The notes under the pieces were generated by a model, which ran no database searches, was not told the DNA's origin, and was given only the letters and a program-made list of their open reading frames with translations. 64,000 nucleotides of DNA. Origin: Takakia lepidozioides (lineage: Eukaryota > Plantae > Bryophyta). The number at the start of each line of letters is the position of its first letter. Position 1 is the first letter of the stretch. Of this stretch, positions 12,845-25,080 are shown one piece after another. The position numbers and the translations under genes are program-made. Location of the stretch: positions 4,402,001-4,466,000 of the forward strand of contig CM060732.1 in assembly GCA_030704615.1 (NCBI GenBank), written 5' to 3'.

Positions 12845-15800
12845 ATGACGAGGCGTCGTTTGATGGAGAACACAGGGCCACGGCAGCAGGTGAACGCGGA
12901 GACTGCAACACAAGAGCGGACCGAGAATGAGGCTGCAGCTGTCACACAGTCAGAGGGAGCAGTGAGCGTTGGAAACCAGACTGTGGAAGCAGAGATGATT
13001 CGCAAGGAAACTGAAGGAGGTGGAAGTCCGGGGAACGCAGAAACGGGAGAAGGTCTATAAACCCTAGAGCAGACAGAAATTCCGACCGATGTGAGGGGGA
13101 AGAGGAAAGCTGCAGAAGGGGATCCAAACTCAAAATTGAAAAAGGCGCCAGTAAGTGTTCTCTACCTTCCATTGCCTGTTTACAGATCTACGAAGTGAGT
13201 GAGTGAAATGTCCTAGAAAACGATGGTCGGTACCGACCATCACTATGAAGTCATGTTGATTTGTTTTGTACTTCTCTGTTTATGGTTTTCCATACCAGCA
13301 GTTTGTGACTGGCGGTACCGCCATTCACTGTTCTTCAGATCATAGAGTCAGTCTGATTGCCTTTCCAACACTCTTTCTCTTTCATTCTGTAGCAGGAACC
13401 TGTGATTGTTGGTAACGTCATTTTCTTTCTTTTCAAAACTCTCATTCTGATACAACAGAAAGTGAGTGTCGGTGCCAACAGTAACTATGATCCAGTATAG
13501 ACTTACACCAAATATAATGCTTTCCATTCTAGTGTAGTGTGAGTGTCGTTAACGCCATTTGATTCTCCTCATGAGCTTCATGTACCTGTATGCGTGGAGA
13601 GAGAGTGATGGTCGGCATATTCAGTCATATTGTCTTGCATTGCATTTTCTCTGTTTCAGGTTGAACAGATTAGGGAAGAGGAATGGCGGTACCGCCAATC
13701 ACTTTTCTTGAGACCATACTGTAGCTTCATGTCTAAAAACGATTGCAAAGTACATTCCAAACAGACAAGAAATAGTGATTGTTTGTAACGATCATCACAA
13801 TGGAGTCTCTCTGACTTATGTGCACTCACTTTCTGCCCTAAACTAAAATGAGTGTCAGTGCCGCCAATCACTATGAGATATATTTCCTTGCACCAAACCA
13901 ATCTTGTAGGTCCTTCAAATGTAATGTTTTTTTATTGTCGTTAACGCCGTTCGCTGATGCTCAGAACCTCTCTGTACCTGCTTGCCCAGAAACATAGTGA
14001 TTGTCGGTACCGACCATCACTATGTAGTCATAGTGTTCTGGTTTGCATTCGTCTGTATCAGCTTTGTTTGTGTAGATGGTTGTGAATGTCGGTGCCGCCA
14101 TTCACTGTGATTTGAGACAAGACAGACTGATGGTCGGTACCGACATTCACTATTTGCACATAACTCAGTGTCTGATTGGCATGGCATCGTGCAGAAAACT
14201 GTGAAGTCCAAGCAGATAGGAACAGAGGAAAAATGTTCTGGAGATGGGGACAAGTCTGCCAAGAGCTCGGAGAATAGCGATGAAGCAGATGAACCTGAAG
14301 TGCACTACCTTGACAAGGTGAAAGAACTCATGTCATTCCAGAAGGTAAACTCTCAGGAGGTTATTAGGGACATGCTCGTCTCTGGAGGGCATCTGGACAT
14401 CCCACTATGTCGGATGATATCTATGTCTGTTGTGCGTCCTCCTCTTTCCCATGACATTACAAAATTGGAAACTGATTTCGTGCATGGATACAAACTTGGT
14501 GCACAAGTTCTTTATGTGTCACTGACGGATACAAATGGGAAAAGCACATTAGTGTCTCTTGAGATCACATATACCTGGGATGAGTGCTGGAAGGATGTTA
14601 ATGAGGAGTTCGAGCTGGGCCTCATGATGGGGAGAAACACCCAACAATTCTGCAACCACATGTTCTACGTCTGGGACGGCAACCACCGATTGCTGGCATG
14701 GATGGGATACATTCATAAACATCATTCAAAAGATAAAGACAAGCATGTTGCTGTAGAGGCAATGGTTCTGGATCCTGGAAACGACATCGCTAGGCTTCTT
14801 ACAGCTATGCACGACGTGAACAAGTAAGTCATCCTAGAGACTCCATTGCCTCTCCAATGTCTTGTTGATCCCACCAAAAACCGATGTTTACCAATGCATT
14901 GTTTCCAATCTTTTTGCAGATCGACAGAGAAATCGCATGTGACAACAAGCTTGGTCCACACACTGTTCTGAATTCAGAGGACTGGTCTGATGAAGTTGGA
15001 TGATTTTTGCACAATACTCCACCCCGATATAATCAAGAAGTGCGAAACAGGAAGAGCTGTAGGCACTTGATATTCTTTGATTCGAGAGGCGTTTCTGGAG
15101 TACATATATGCGGTAAGGCCGAGCCTGTACTCACTTGCCTTTTTGAATACATGTTTGTAATTCGTTTTTACTCATCCCTACTTTGATCAATGCAGCAAGA
15201 ACTAGCAGAGGCAGCTGAGAAGGGGAAATCCGAATACTACCGCACTACAACAGAGGAACTTAGGACATCAAAGGGTGTGGAGGCAGCAATGAAGAAGAAG
15301 TATGAAATTCGGAGAACCAAACTGATGTCCGCCTTCTCTGGGCAGTACCCAGACAATCCTTATGTACTTCCACTCCTATTGGTGCTAACTTCTCAGTTCA
15401 AAACACAGCTGAATCGATCAGAGATAGAAAGAAAGATGCCTCATACCTGCAACTCGTCTAGGCATTGGGTGCGTGGTGGAGAGGATTGAGAACTTGGCTT
15501 ACGCCCTAAACAGAAGTAGGAGAAAGGGGATAGCGACGTGACAATAAGGATCAGCTCTGCCACAAGCTTAGAATAGTAGATCCTAGCCTTGGAGAGGAGT
15601 TCCTTCTGCAGATCAAATCTCACTATGACAAGCACGTGCACCCGGAGATGCAACAAGAGAAATTGCACAGGCTGGCCATCTCCATGGTTGACCCCCAAAT
15701 CAAAATTAGATGGCTGGAGATTTGGAACTCAGATCAGACAGTGAAGGACTTGAATCAGTTCCCTAATAGCACTATACAGCCTGGCACAAAGGTGGAGGGA

Positions 15801-18650
15801 ATCAGTGACATTGTGTTTGACAACTGGCTTCACAAGGCCACATTTTGGAGTCAGGTGTGTATTCATTGAAGTTTCATCTTTGTTGACTTCATGAATGTAA
15901 TGACTACCTTATTTGCAAAACTAACAAATGTACCTTTTGCAGCTGGAGAAGCGCGCCATCCTTGTCCTCGAGCAGAATTTGAAGGACTTGAATATTTCTA
16001 TTGTTTCCCCACCTCAAATGACTTCACTGATATGAAGTGAATGTCGGTGCCGACATTCACTTCCATGACTGTGAGCTCTTATGGACAAAGATTTCATTCA
16101 CTTGGATTAGGGAACTTAGGGTGTGTTGGCAGTGTTCTTGAATGGAATTTTGTGACTGTCGTTGACGACCATCGCATCCAAAGCTAGTATGAGCTTCTAT
16201 ACCGAGAGATTTCTTGTACATTTTCTAGGGTGCCCAATAGTTCTATGTAGTGTTTCTCTCATGAATTTTTGAATGTCGGTACCGACATTCACTTTGAGTT
16301 GATTTCCAGTTTGTCTCGTGGTTCACAGGTACACAAAATATGTGCTAATGGATGGAAATCACCTCAGTGGTGTCCCAAATTATCTTGACATGTGGTCGGA
16401 CCCGGGAAACGATCCAACCATGTATACTGCAGGGATATCAAAGGACTGGAGTCCTGCACACTTCAGGGACTGTGGTTGGTACCTGGACTGCCCTCCTGAG
16501 CACACGACTTTCCAAGAGCAGCAAATGAAATATTTGAACAATCATGCTGAGATGCTGGCACCTTTGAATGATGAGGAGTACCAAAGAAACATAGCAGCAC
16601 TGGTTGCCAAGGAGCCTGACGCTCAGGAAATAGCCCAAAAGGGCAAGAAGGGTGGGCGCAAACCCAAAGACAAGGCTGCAGATGGCACAGCCAAGTCACC
16701 AGCAAAGACAAAGGACAAAGACAAGTCGAAGGAGAAGGAGAAGGAAAAGGAGAAGGGGAAGGAGAAAGAAAAGGAGAAGGAGAAAGAGCAGGAGAGTGAG
16801 AAGGACTTCACCGCCGAAAGGTATACCCGCACAATTGAGTGCGTGTTCGATGCCAGGCCACACCCTTCCCGTGCTGATTCTGCAAGGGAGATTAAGATTG
16901 TCAATGAGGGATGTCTGGCGATGATGGAGAGTCGGAAGAAAGGATACACCGGGGGTGCCTTCGCCTGTTGGGACAACATGATCCCATTCCTCAATCTGGT
17001 GGGAATTTAACTTTCTTTCCTTTGCATTCGTAGGTGACATTGGCAGTATTGGTATTTGTTTCTTTGCAGTCATTATTCTCTTCGTTCTCAAATTGAACAT
17101 ATCTGTCGCAGGTGAGCACTGGTCCCTCCTTCGTGTGCGGTGTGCAGAAAACGTTTGCTGCAGACATGGTCATTCTTGACATCCCGGACGGCCAGGCTAT
17201 GCCAGACGTTCTTCCGAAGGGCAAGACGCCAAGCTGGAACAAATACGATGACAACTACTAGAGTTGGGTGTTCGGGTTCTGCAACTATTTCCTTTATGAT
17301 GCAGGGACATTTCTACTCTTTTAGTCATGTGACAAGGATAGTCGTCAGGCATTGGCATCGTACCTGAAGTCCTCTGGGTTTGAAATTCTGCGCACATGGA
17401 ATTGTGTGAACATCCTCTACCTTGTGAAAGGGGGTTGTCCTGGTCAGCTGGTATGATGCCTCCCTCTTAGGTGTGCTTTGTTGCTTTATTTCAATGTATT
17501 CTACAGTGTAACTCTACAATAATCTGTGATGATCGGCACCGATCATCAGACTTGACTGATCAGTTTGTTGCATGCCTATGTTTTGAAGTGCCAATCTACA
17601 AAATTCCACTGTTGTTTATGTTTTGCACCCTAACCTCCTGTCTTTCGCAGACGAGGATGTTCGAGGCGATCTGCCTACGGAGGATTCGCACCTCAAAGAC
17701 ACCATCCTCCGTTCGCAGCTTCGAGATTTCTGACCAAGGGAGTTTCATCAATCCCCCGTATGAGCCGCATGTCGATGACATTTTGTACAACTTCATGCAG
17801 CCAACTCAGACTCTCAAAAAACCAGATGGCACTCCCTGGAGAGGTGCAAAGGAAAAAACCCCAACGTTTATGCAGACACTGCTAGAGTCATGCAACCACC
17901 ATTCTGCACGGGTGGTCGACCTCTCGGTATCCACAAGTTCATTTTCTCACTTCAGATTTTGTTTTCTTTCACCATTTTCATCTTCGTTAATCCCCCCCCT
18001 ACAAGCTGTTCATGTCCTCCTGCCTATTGCAGGAGGAACTTACCATGCGTGCAAGGCAGGCGGCAGATCCTTTTTTGGCATGGAGGGTGACTCTGACCTA
18101 TACAAGACTGTGCTCCTCCCCCTTTTGTCTGGCTCTACATCAGGCACACAAACTGAAACGATTCAAATCCGAAATGGGATAAGCAGGTCCACAACGATTT
18201 TTCATGTGAGTAAGTTTGCAATGGAATTATCATTCCACTTTGGCTGCCCTTTTCAATCGCAGACATCAAATTTGCAGTAATAACGTATTTCTTGCTGTGA
18301 CTTGCAGGAAAAACAGCGGTGGATCTTCAGGAGACACACCCATTTGTGGCGAGACTGTTTTCGACAGCCCCTTTCCACTTTTGTGCTTCATGTGTATGCC
18401 GAAGCAATAACACCTCAAATGGCCGAGGCTCTCTCCCCTGACTTTTTATTGCCCGACCGCAGGTGTAGCCATCGTAGATCCGGAGTTCTAAAATACTTGG
18501 ACTTGGATGCAGAGGACGCGGGGATAGATTGTACTGACTCTGAGTCAGACTGAACTACGCATTTTTAATGTTCATTTCTCATCATCTTTGTAAAATATTG
18601 AATTCCCCTACTTTATTGCAGATGTTCCGGCAGAAAGAAAAAGGAACAAA
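12845..18650 (+). pseudogene. Multi-exon gene encoding a ParB/Srx-like N-terminal domain, a KE-rich linker and a beta-class N6A/N4C DNA methyltransferase-like C-terminal domain; disrupted by stops
   Basis: Exon ~14195-14823 has FYVWDGNHRLLAW (ParB/Srx DGxHR motif). Exon ~17112-17450 has ADMVILDIPDG (motif IV position), FLYDAGTFLLF and GFEILRTWNCVN. Exons ~17651-17936 and 18033+ give PWRGAKEKTPTFMQTLLE..RVVDLSVST/GTYHACKAGGRSFFGMEGD (motifs X-I-II). GT-AG splice sites at 13151, 14824, 15112 and 17451. In-frame stops at ~13058, ~17259 and ~17321. Confidence 0.7.
13221..17550. repeat. Dispersed ~24-bp palindrome GTGA(A/T)TG(T/G)CGGTACCG(A/C)CATTCAC, ~17 copies, all in predicted introns
   Basis: Copies near 13221, 13304, 13461, 13539, 13680, 13775, 13849, 13997, 14082, 14127, 16037, 16152, 16270 and 17527. 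Confidence 0.8.
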
Positions 18651-19229
18651 TAATCCACTCAGAATGAAATGACAATCTTCATGAATCCATCCCACAACCA
18701 CCACAACCTCATGTCAAAGCCATTGTGCATTCATCTACACTGTATTCATGCATCCTCCATTCATAAATATTTTCCATTATTCAACATCCATTGTACATTC
18801 ATCCACTGCACTCTCGAATCCATCTTACAAACCCTCACACTCATGTCATATACATTGTGCATTCATGTACTGTGTATGAATGCATCCTCCATTCATGAAT
18901 GTTTTCCATTGTTCAACATCCATTGTACATTCATCAATTATACATTCATCCGTTGAAATCTCATCCATCTATATTTCATCCATTTGCTTGCATTGTTCGC
19001 ACCCATCCATCAATGTTTCATCCACGCTACATTCATCCATACCGCATTCATCTTTTGCTTTCATGTGGGAATGACCACATCCTTTTATCATGTCGTCCAA
19101 CTTGTTACCGCGGTTAAGGGTGCTCTTCCGCGGAAATACACTCCGCTTCTTCCTTGGCGCGTGATGACGTGGAGTGAGATTGGTGATGTGGCGTGGGCGC
19201 AGCTGCGCTCACGCGACTAGGCTCACGCC

Positions 19230-21172
19230 GAGGCATCCCTGCTGTGAGTTTACAGGATGAAGTAGTGGCTGGATGGACAATCATAGTTGAAGAGCAGGTG
19301 AGAGAAGTGAATGTGGGAACTGAGGAGGAACCAAGAATGGTGAAAGTAGGGGCTGACTTGGAGCCAGAATTCTTTGAGGAAGCTAAGAGCCTGTTTATCA
19401 AATACAAAGATGTATTTGCTTGGAGCTATGAAGATCTGAAAGGGATACCACCTGAGATCTGCCAGCATAAGATTAAACTGGAACCAGGTTTAGTACCAAT
19501 CAAACAGGCAAGGTACGAGATGAATCCCAACTATGCACAGAAGGTTGGGGAAGAGATCAAGAAGTTGGCTGGGGCTAAGTTCATATACCCGATAGAGTAT
19601 ATAATTTGGCTATCACCCATTGTGATAGTTCCCAAGAAGAATGGCAAACTGAGAGTTTGTGTGAACTATAAAAAGTTGAATGATTGTACAAAGAAATATC
19701 CCTTTCCATTGCCATTCACAAAAGCTGTACTAGACATTGTGGCAGGCCATGAGATGTACTCATTCATGGATGGTTTTAGTGGGTATAACCAAGTACAAGT
19801 AGCGGAAGAAGACCAGGGAAAGACAGCTTTCATCATAGACTGGGGTGCTTATGCATACAAAGTCATGTCTTTTGGACTTTGTAATGCACCAGGAACTTTC
19901 CAGAGAGTGATAAGTGAATCTTTCCATGAGTATCGGGATGATTTCATGCAAGTGTTCTTAGATGACTTCAGTGTGTACAGCTCTAAGAATGAGCACTTGC
20001 AGAAGTTGGAGTTATGTTTAGCCAGATGCAGGATGAAAGGTCTTGGTCTGAATCTAGAAAAATGTATTTTCTGTGTGAACTCAGGGATACTCCTGGGACA
20101 CATTGTGTGTAAGAAGGGACGGCTTGTGGATCCTAGAAAGACTGAGGCCATTAAAATATCCCCACCACCAGTAAATGTTAAGGCTCTAAGGAGATTCCTT
20201 GGACAAACTAGCTACTACAGAAGGTTTGTCAGGTGGTATGCACAGATGGCAGCACCATTGAGCAAGCTTTTGAAGAAGGATGCAGTGTTTGCATGGATAG
20301 CTGAATGCCAACAGGCATTTGAGACACTTACAATGTCAGTAACAACTACACCTGTGTTGATTAATCCTCACTGGCATGTGGTATTTCATGTACACTGTGA
20401 TGCCTCGGGAGAAGCATTGGGGCTGAGTTAGCCCAAAATGTCACAAGAAACATAGATTCACCTGTGTACTATGCTAACAGATTGTTGAACAGTGTTGAGA
20501 GGAACTATAGCACTACTGAAAGAGAAGCTTTGGCAATGATTTATGCAGTCAAGAGATTCAGGCATTACCTATTTGGAAGGAAGTTTATGTTTTATGTGGA
20601 TCATCAGGCTTTGATTTATCTGGTGAACAAGCCTTTGATAAGTGACAGGATAGCAAGATGGTTGATAATCTTGCACGAATTTGAATTCGAAGTTGTTTAT
20701 AAGCCCTGGCCGTTTGCATCTTGTGGCAGATCACTTGTCACGCTATCAACAGGAGAGCCCGCCACAGGAGTAGACGATCAACTGCCTGATGCGAGTTTAT
20801 TTGCAGTGGATGTGTAGGGAAGTGCAGATGATTGGTTAGATTGGCAGTGGCCAATCAGATACTACCTTACTCATGGACAGTGCCCACCCAGTTATGGGAA
20901 GGAGCAGAGGAAAAGAATAGCTTTCAAGGCATTACCATACAATATGATAGGTGGAAGATTGTATAAGCTAGGACCTGATGGAGTTCTTAAACGGTGCTTG
21001 TACCACCATGAAGTAAATAAAGTTTTGGAAGAAGTTCATAAAGGAGTGGCTGGAGGTCATTTTGGAGAAGAGACTACCAGTAGGAAAATACTACTTGCAG
21101 GTTACTGGTGGCCTACTTTATTCAAGGATGTACACAAGTTTTGCAAGAATTGTGATGAGTGTCAGAGGCTAG
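19230..21172 (+). mobile_element. pol: Ty3/Gypsy (Tat/Athila-like) pol fragment: RT, RNase H and integrase HHCC
   Basis: ORF 19193-20431: LRVCVNYKKLN, MDGFSGYNQV, MSFGLCNAPGTFQR, VFLDDF, VHCDASG. ORF 20464-20817: NYSTTEREALA, YVDHQAL. ORF 20944-21231: H..GGHFG...YWWPTLFKD...CKNCDECQR. Contains frameshifts and stops. Confidence 0.92.
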
Positions 21173-21372
21173 TGTCGAGCGGCTTTTACTCACCCATCCC
21201 TTTGCTATCCGAGGTGGAAACTCCAAGATAGAAGAGTTGGATATCTCTAAGCACTCAGCCCGCTCAGAACAATCAGTCATGACCTACAGCTAGTGAATCA
21301 TGGTTGTGCTTCCTATTTGTATTTCTTCTTGCCTTCATGTTAGCAATTTACCTTACTGTGTATACTGAAGCA

Positions 21373-23112
21373 TCAATTTGCTTCAGTAACTACCAGGTTC
21401 CATTCACTCATCCATTCATTCCACAGGTAGGGCAGATTGGAGACACCAAGGCATTGGCTTGATACCTGATAAATCATAATCTGATACTTATTCAATACAA
21501 TCACACTGTGTAGAGAGACATGAGTGAAATGTGCTTCATGCAATTTCCCCTGCTCCAGACCCGCTTCAATCAAATTCCCCTTTGCTAGCTGCAGGGCAGC
21601 CTTGGTGTCCTCCAATTCTTTCTGCAACTTGAGGTTGGCCTCCACATCCACCTTGTTTGCACACTCAGTGGCAATTCTAGCCTCAAACTCCTGCTTGAGT
21701 TCCTCCCTCAAAGCTGCCAATTGTGTAGATGGAACATGGGATTTCACATAAGTGCCCAACAAATTGAGTGTCATGCTTATAGAACTCATAAGCATGGCCT
21801 GCTGTGGATCTTCCTGGCAAACTTGTTGCTGTTCTCCCCGATCCTCCACAGTGTGATTTTCACCAACCATTCAGGCCATGTTCCCACAAGATCCTCTTCC
21901 TGAACAACCTCATTCTCCACAGGCGCTGTAGTGCCATTACATTCTACCTCTGGAACCTCCGCCAAAGGTTTGGGTATTACATGCACAACAGGGATTTCCT
22001 TGGACAAACTATGCACCTCTGGTACCACTGGTTCCCTGACCAAGCCAGAGTTTTCATAGAGAAGGTCACCCTTCTCAATATCTGTCACGACATGCTCTGT
22101 AGTGGGAATGTCCAACCCTTCTCCTTCCAGAGCAATAGGCTCTGGTGCAACAACATGTACTAACTGAGGGACCTCTGAGACAACTGAGTCAACTGGCTGT
22201 GATGCTGTGGTACCAAAGTGACTTATTCTTCCCTCTCCAAAGGTCGTGCTTCCAGTAATAACAGCCCTCGGTGCTGCTGTTCTCCATCTTGCACAAGAGC
22301 TATGGAAACATCATCATTTCGCGGTTTCCTTGAAGCTAGTGGATCTGCCACTATAGTTGTGTCCCTCTTTTGTCTCTTGGACTGGTGCCGCCCCTCCAAT
22401 CCACCTTCACCATATGAAGAGCCCTGCTCCTCAATTGCAGTAGTTGCTGCCTCAAACACTTCCATCTCCTTATGTTCTCGCGCATCAAGTATGCAAGAAT
22501 CAAGAATAATTTGCGCAATCACTGGGCCAGACACAACGATTGGAGACTTAGCAGCAGTGCCTTGTAACCGCTTCATCTCTTCTACCAAACCATTGTACAT
22601 TAAGTCCGCCCAAGCCACATCTTCCCCCCTCAAGGCTTTCAGTATCTCCTCCGTGAATGATCTGCTAAGGTATTGTTGGTTTTGTTTCATGGCAAACAGA
22701 ACGTTCAGAACCTAACCAACTTCTTTTAACCCTGGGTACTCGGCCTTGGTGCAAGTGTATCCCTGAGTCTTAAAGAAACTCCCTTCTTGGAACAAATTGC
22801 CTATCTGCAATCTTGCCCTGTGCTCATCGACATTTACACGGCTTGACGACAATTCAAACAATTGCTGCAAGTATTGGGGAGTAATCTCTATATCTACTCC
22901 CCTCACTTGTGTAACTCCCATCTGAGGTTCAAAGTTCTGAATGAATTGTATCATGAACGCCCTATGATGCAAGGACCATTCCTTGCATAGCAGTCTCTCC
23001 AATCGCAACTTCTTCCACAGCTGCACTGCCTGAGGTGTAGCAATTGTCTGCTTCTGCAGAATCGTGGTGCTCTTCACCCTGACATCCTCCATTCCCCGAA
23101 TTCTCTTCATTC
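21373..23112 (-). pseudogene. Extra 3' ORF of the Tat/Athila-like element (Athila ORF/Transposase_32-like domain plus coiled coil)
   Basis: FMIQFIQNF...VRGVDIEITPQYLQQLFEL and EILKALRGEDVAWADLMY...VSGPVIAQI fit the pattern of plant non-chromovirus additional ORFs. Coiled coil at 21373-21870. Lies downstream of IN on the same strand. Confidence 0.55.
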
Positions 23113-24149
23113 TAGACAAACGAGATGGCCTTGTTTGAAATAGCTCTAAGAAAGCTTGCAAGGCATAGAGCATAAAAGTATGGTTGGCACAAAATGGAAC
23201 GGGTAAGTGCGTGTAAGCCTGTGGGGCTTGCAAGTATCGAGTGAGAGAGAATGTACTCTCAACCCGTCCGTCCTTACGCCACTGCGTAAGAAGTAAAGTG
23301 AGCGTATAATCTGTAATATCCGCCATAGCTACAAAGCTATAGCTTTGATTGCCGCTCCCGTCGAGACACTGGTTATTCGGAGTCACCCCGACTCTTCCGC
23401 TCATAACTCTTCTAATTTCTTGTTCTTGTTTCTTGGAGGGAACCACCTGCATGAAATTCTCGCTCCTGATTGGCTGTTGTCTCCTTGGGTAACTTCTTAA
23501 CTTTACCCTCCTCAGTGGACATTCCCACTTGGAATGTCCACTAGGACAACACATGTGGCAAAAGTCCCCCTTTTTTGTACTCGTAAAGGGTTCCGTTATT
23601 TTTGCCCTGAATGCATTAATGGGCCCACAAATAGTTTTGGCTGATGTACCGGTTAGGTACTTTGACGGCCCAGTTTGTCCTCTTGCATGATGACACCCAC
23701 TTTTGCAATATATGCACCGCGGTGTGCTTCGCCCTAGTGGCCACGTGTTCGTTTTTAGACATGCATCCGTCTTCCCCTGTCCGCGTGGCACATTCTCCGA
23801 GTTTGACTTCCAAGCTGTCTTTTTACCCGCCTGCCACTTTTCTGACGTTAACCCGCATCCACCTGTCACTAACCCTATGGACTGTGCAACCCGCGTGGGC
23901 TGTGTTAGGCTGTGACAGGCTGTGTCAGACTGTGACGAGGTGTGATAGGCTATGTGATGGTGTGATGGGCTGTGATAGACTGTGTGACACTGTGGTGGGC
24001 TGTGATAGACTGTGTCACACTGTGGTAGGCTATGATAGCTATGTGAACACCTGTACCTTCCGCCCTGGCCATACACACTCGACTTAATGACAAGTGCTCC
24101 ATACTCCGTTGGTATCACCGGTGCAGCCCGTGACTGTTTCTGTGTTTCA

Positions 24150-25080
24150 ACATGCAAATCGTGCCGCAATGGTTTGTCATGGATACCACTGTATCCCTTC
24201 AACTTATTGACATTGACTCTTCCCAACATCTCTTTGTTAATGGTTTGTAACATGGCTGTGTTGTTATCATACATCTTTTGTATGACATAAGGTCATTTCC
24301 ATGGTGATTTAAGCTTAGAAGCTTTAATCTTTCCCTTCTTCTGCAACCACAGTACCAAATCTCCCGTCTTAAAAGTCTTTAATTTACCGTCATCAAACTG
24401 ATCCTTCCTCCTCATCTGAATTCTGGTCATGTTATCTGCTGCATCAGCACGTACTTCTTCCACATGGTATAATTCATGTTTCCTGACCTTAATTGAATCT
24501 TCCAATTCCATTGTCCTCCCCATTCAGTTCTCATGGTAGGTAACAAGAACTCCACTGGAAGTAAAGCTTTCATACCATAAACTAATTGGAATGGTGTATA
24601 CTTAGTGGTGACTTTATATGAAGTCCTGTATGACCACAAAGCTGTCAGCATTTTTGTCTCCCAAGCTGTTCTGTTTGCATTGACTATCTTAGCCAAGATA
24701 GTACATAGTATTTTGTTGGTAGCCTCTGCCTGCGTATTACCCTATGGGTAATAGGTTGTACTCTTCCTATGCACAATCATGAACTCTTTAGTCAATAGTT
24801 CTATGGTCTCATTAATGAAGTGACTTCCCTGGTCACTGATAAATTCCAAGGGACAACCAAATCTTGTAAGTGTGTTCTCATACAAGAACCTTGCAGTAGA
24901 CTTAGCTGTGTTGTCCCTCAGAGCTTTAGCTTCCACCCACTTTGTAGTATAATCAATGGCTGTGATTATATACTTGTTCTGTGTATTTCTAGCTGGTGGG
25001 TTAATTGGTCCAACAAAATCTAGTCCCCATTTCTGAAATGGTTCAGTAGGCATCGTAGGATGCAAAGCCATCTTGTCTCA
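24150..25080 (-). mobile_element. Ty3/Gypsy integrase core and C-terminus, inverted relative to the upstream pol
   Basis: EPFQKWGLDFVGP, TRFGCPLEFISDQGSHF, ALWSYRTSYKVTTKYTPFQLVYG, FKTGDLVL..KLKSPWK*PY. Contains stops and frameshifts. Confidence 0.9.

Noticed and set aside
16623-17100. Phe/Ser- and Leu-rich minus-strand ORFs resembling membrane proteins
   Set aside because: They are antisense shadows of the KEKE-coding exon.
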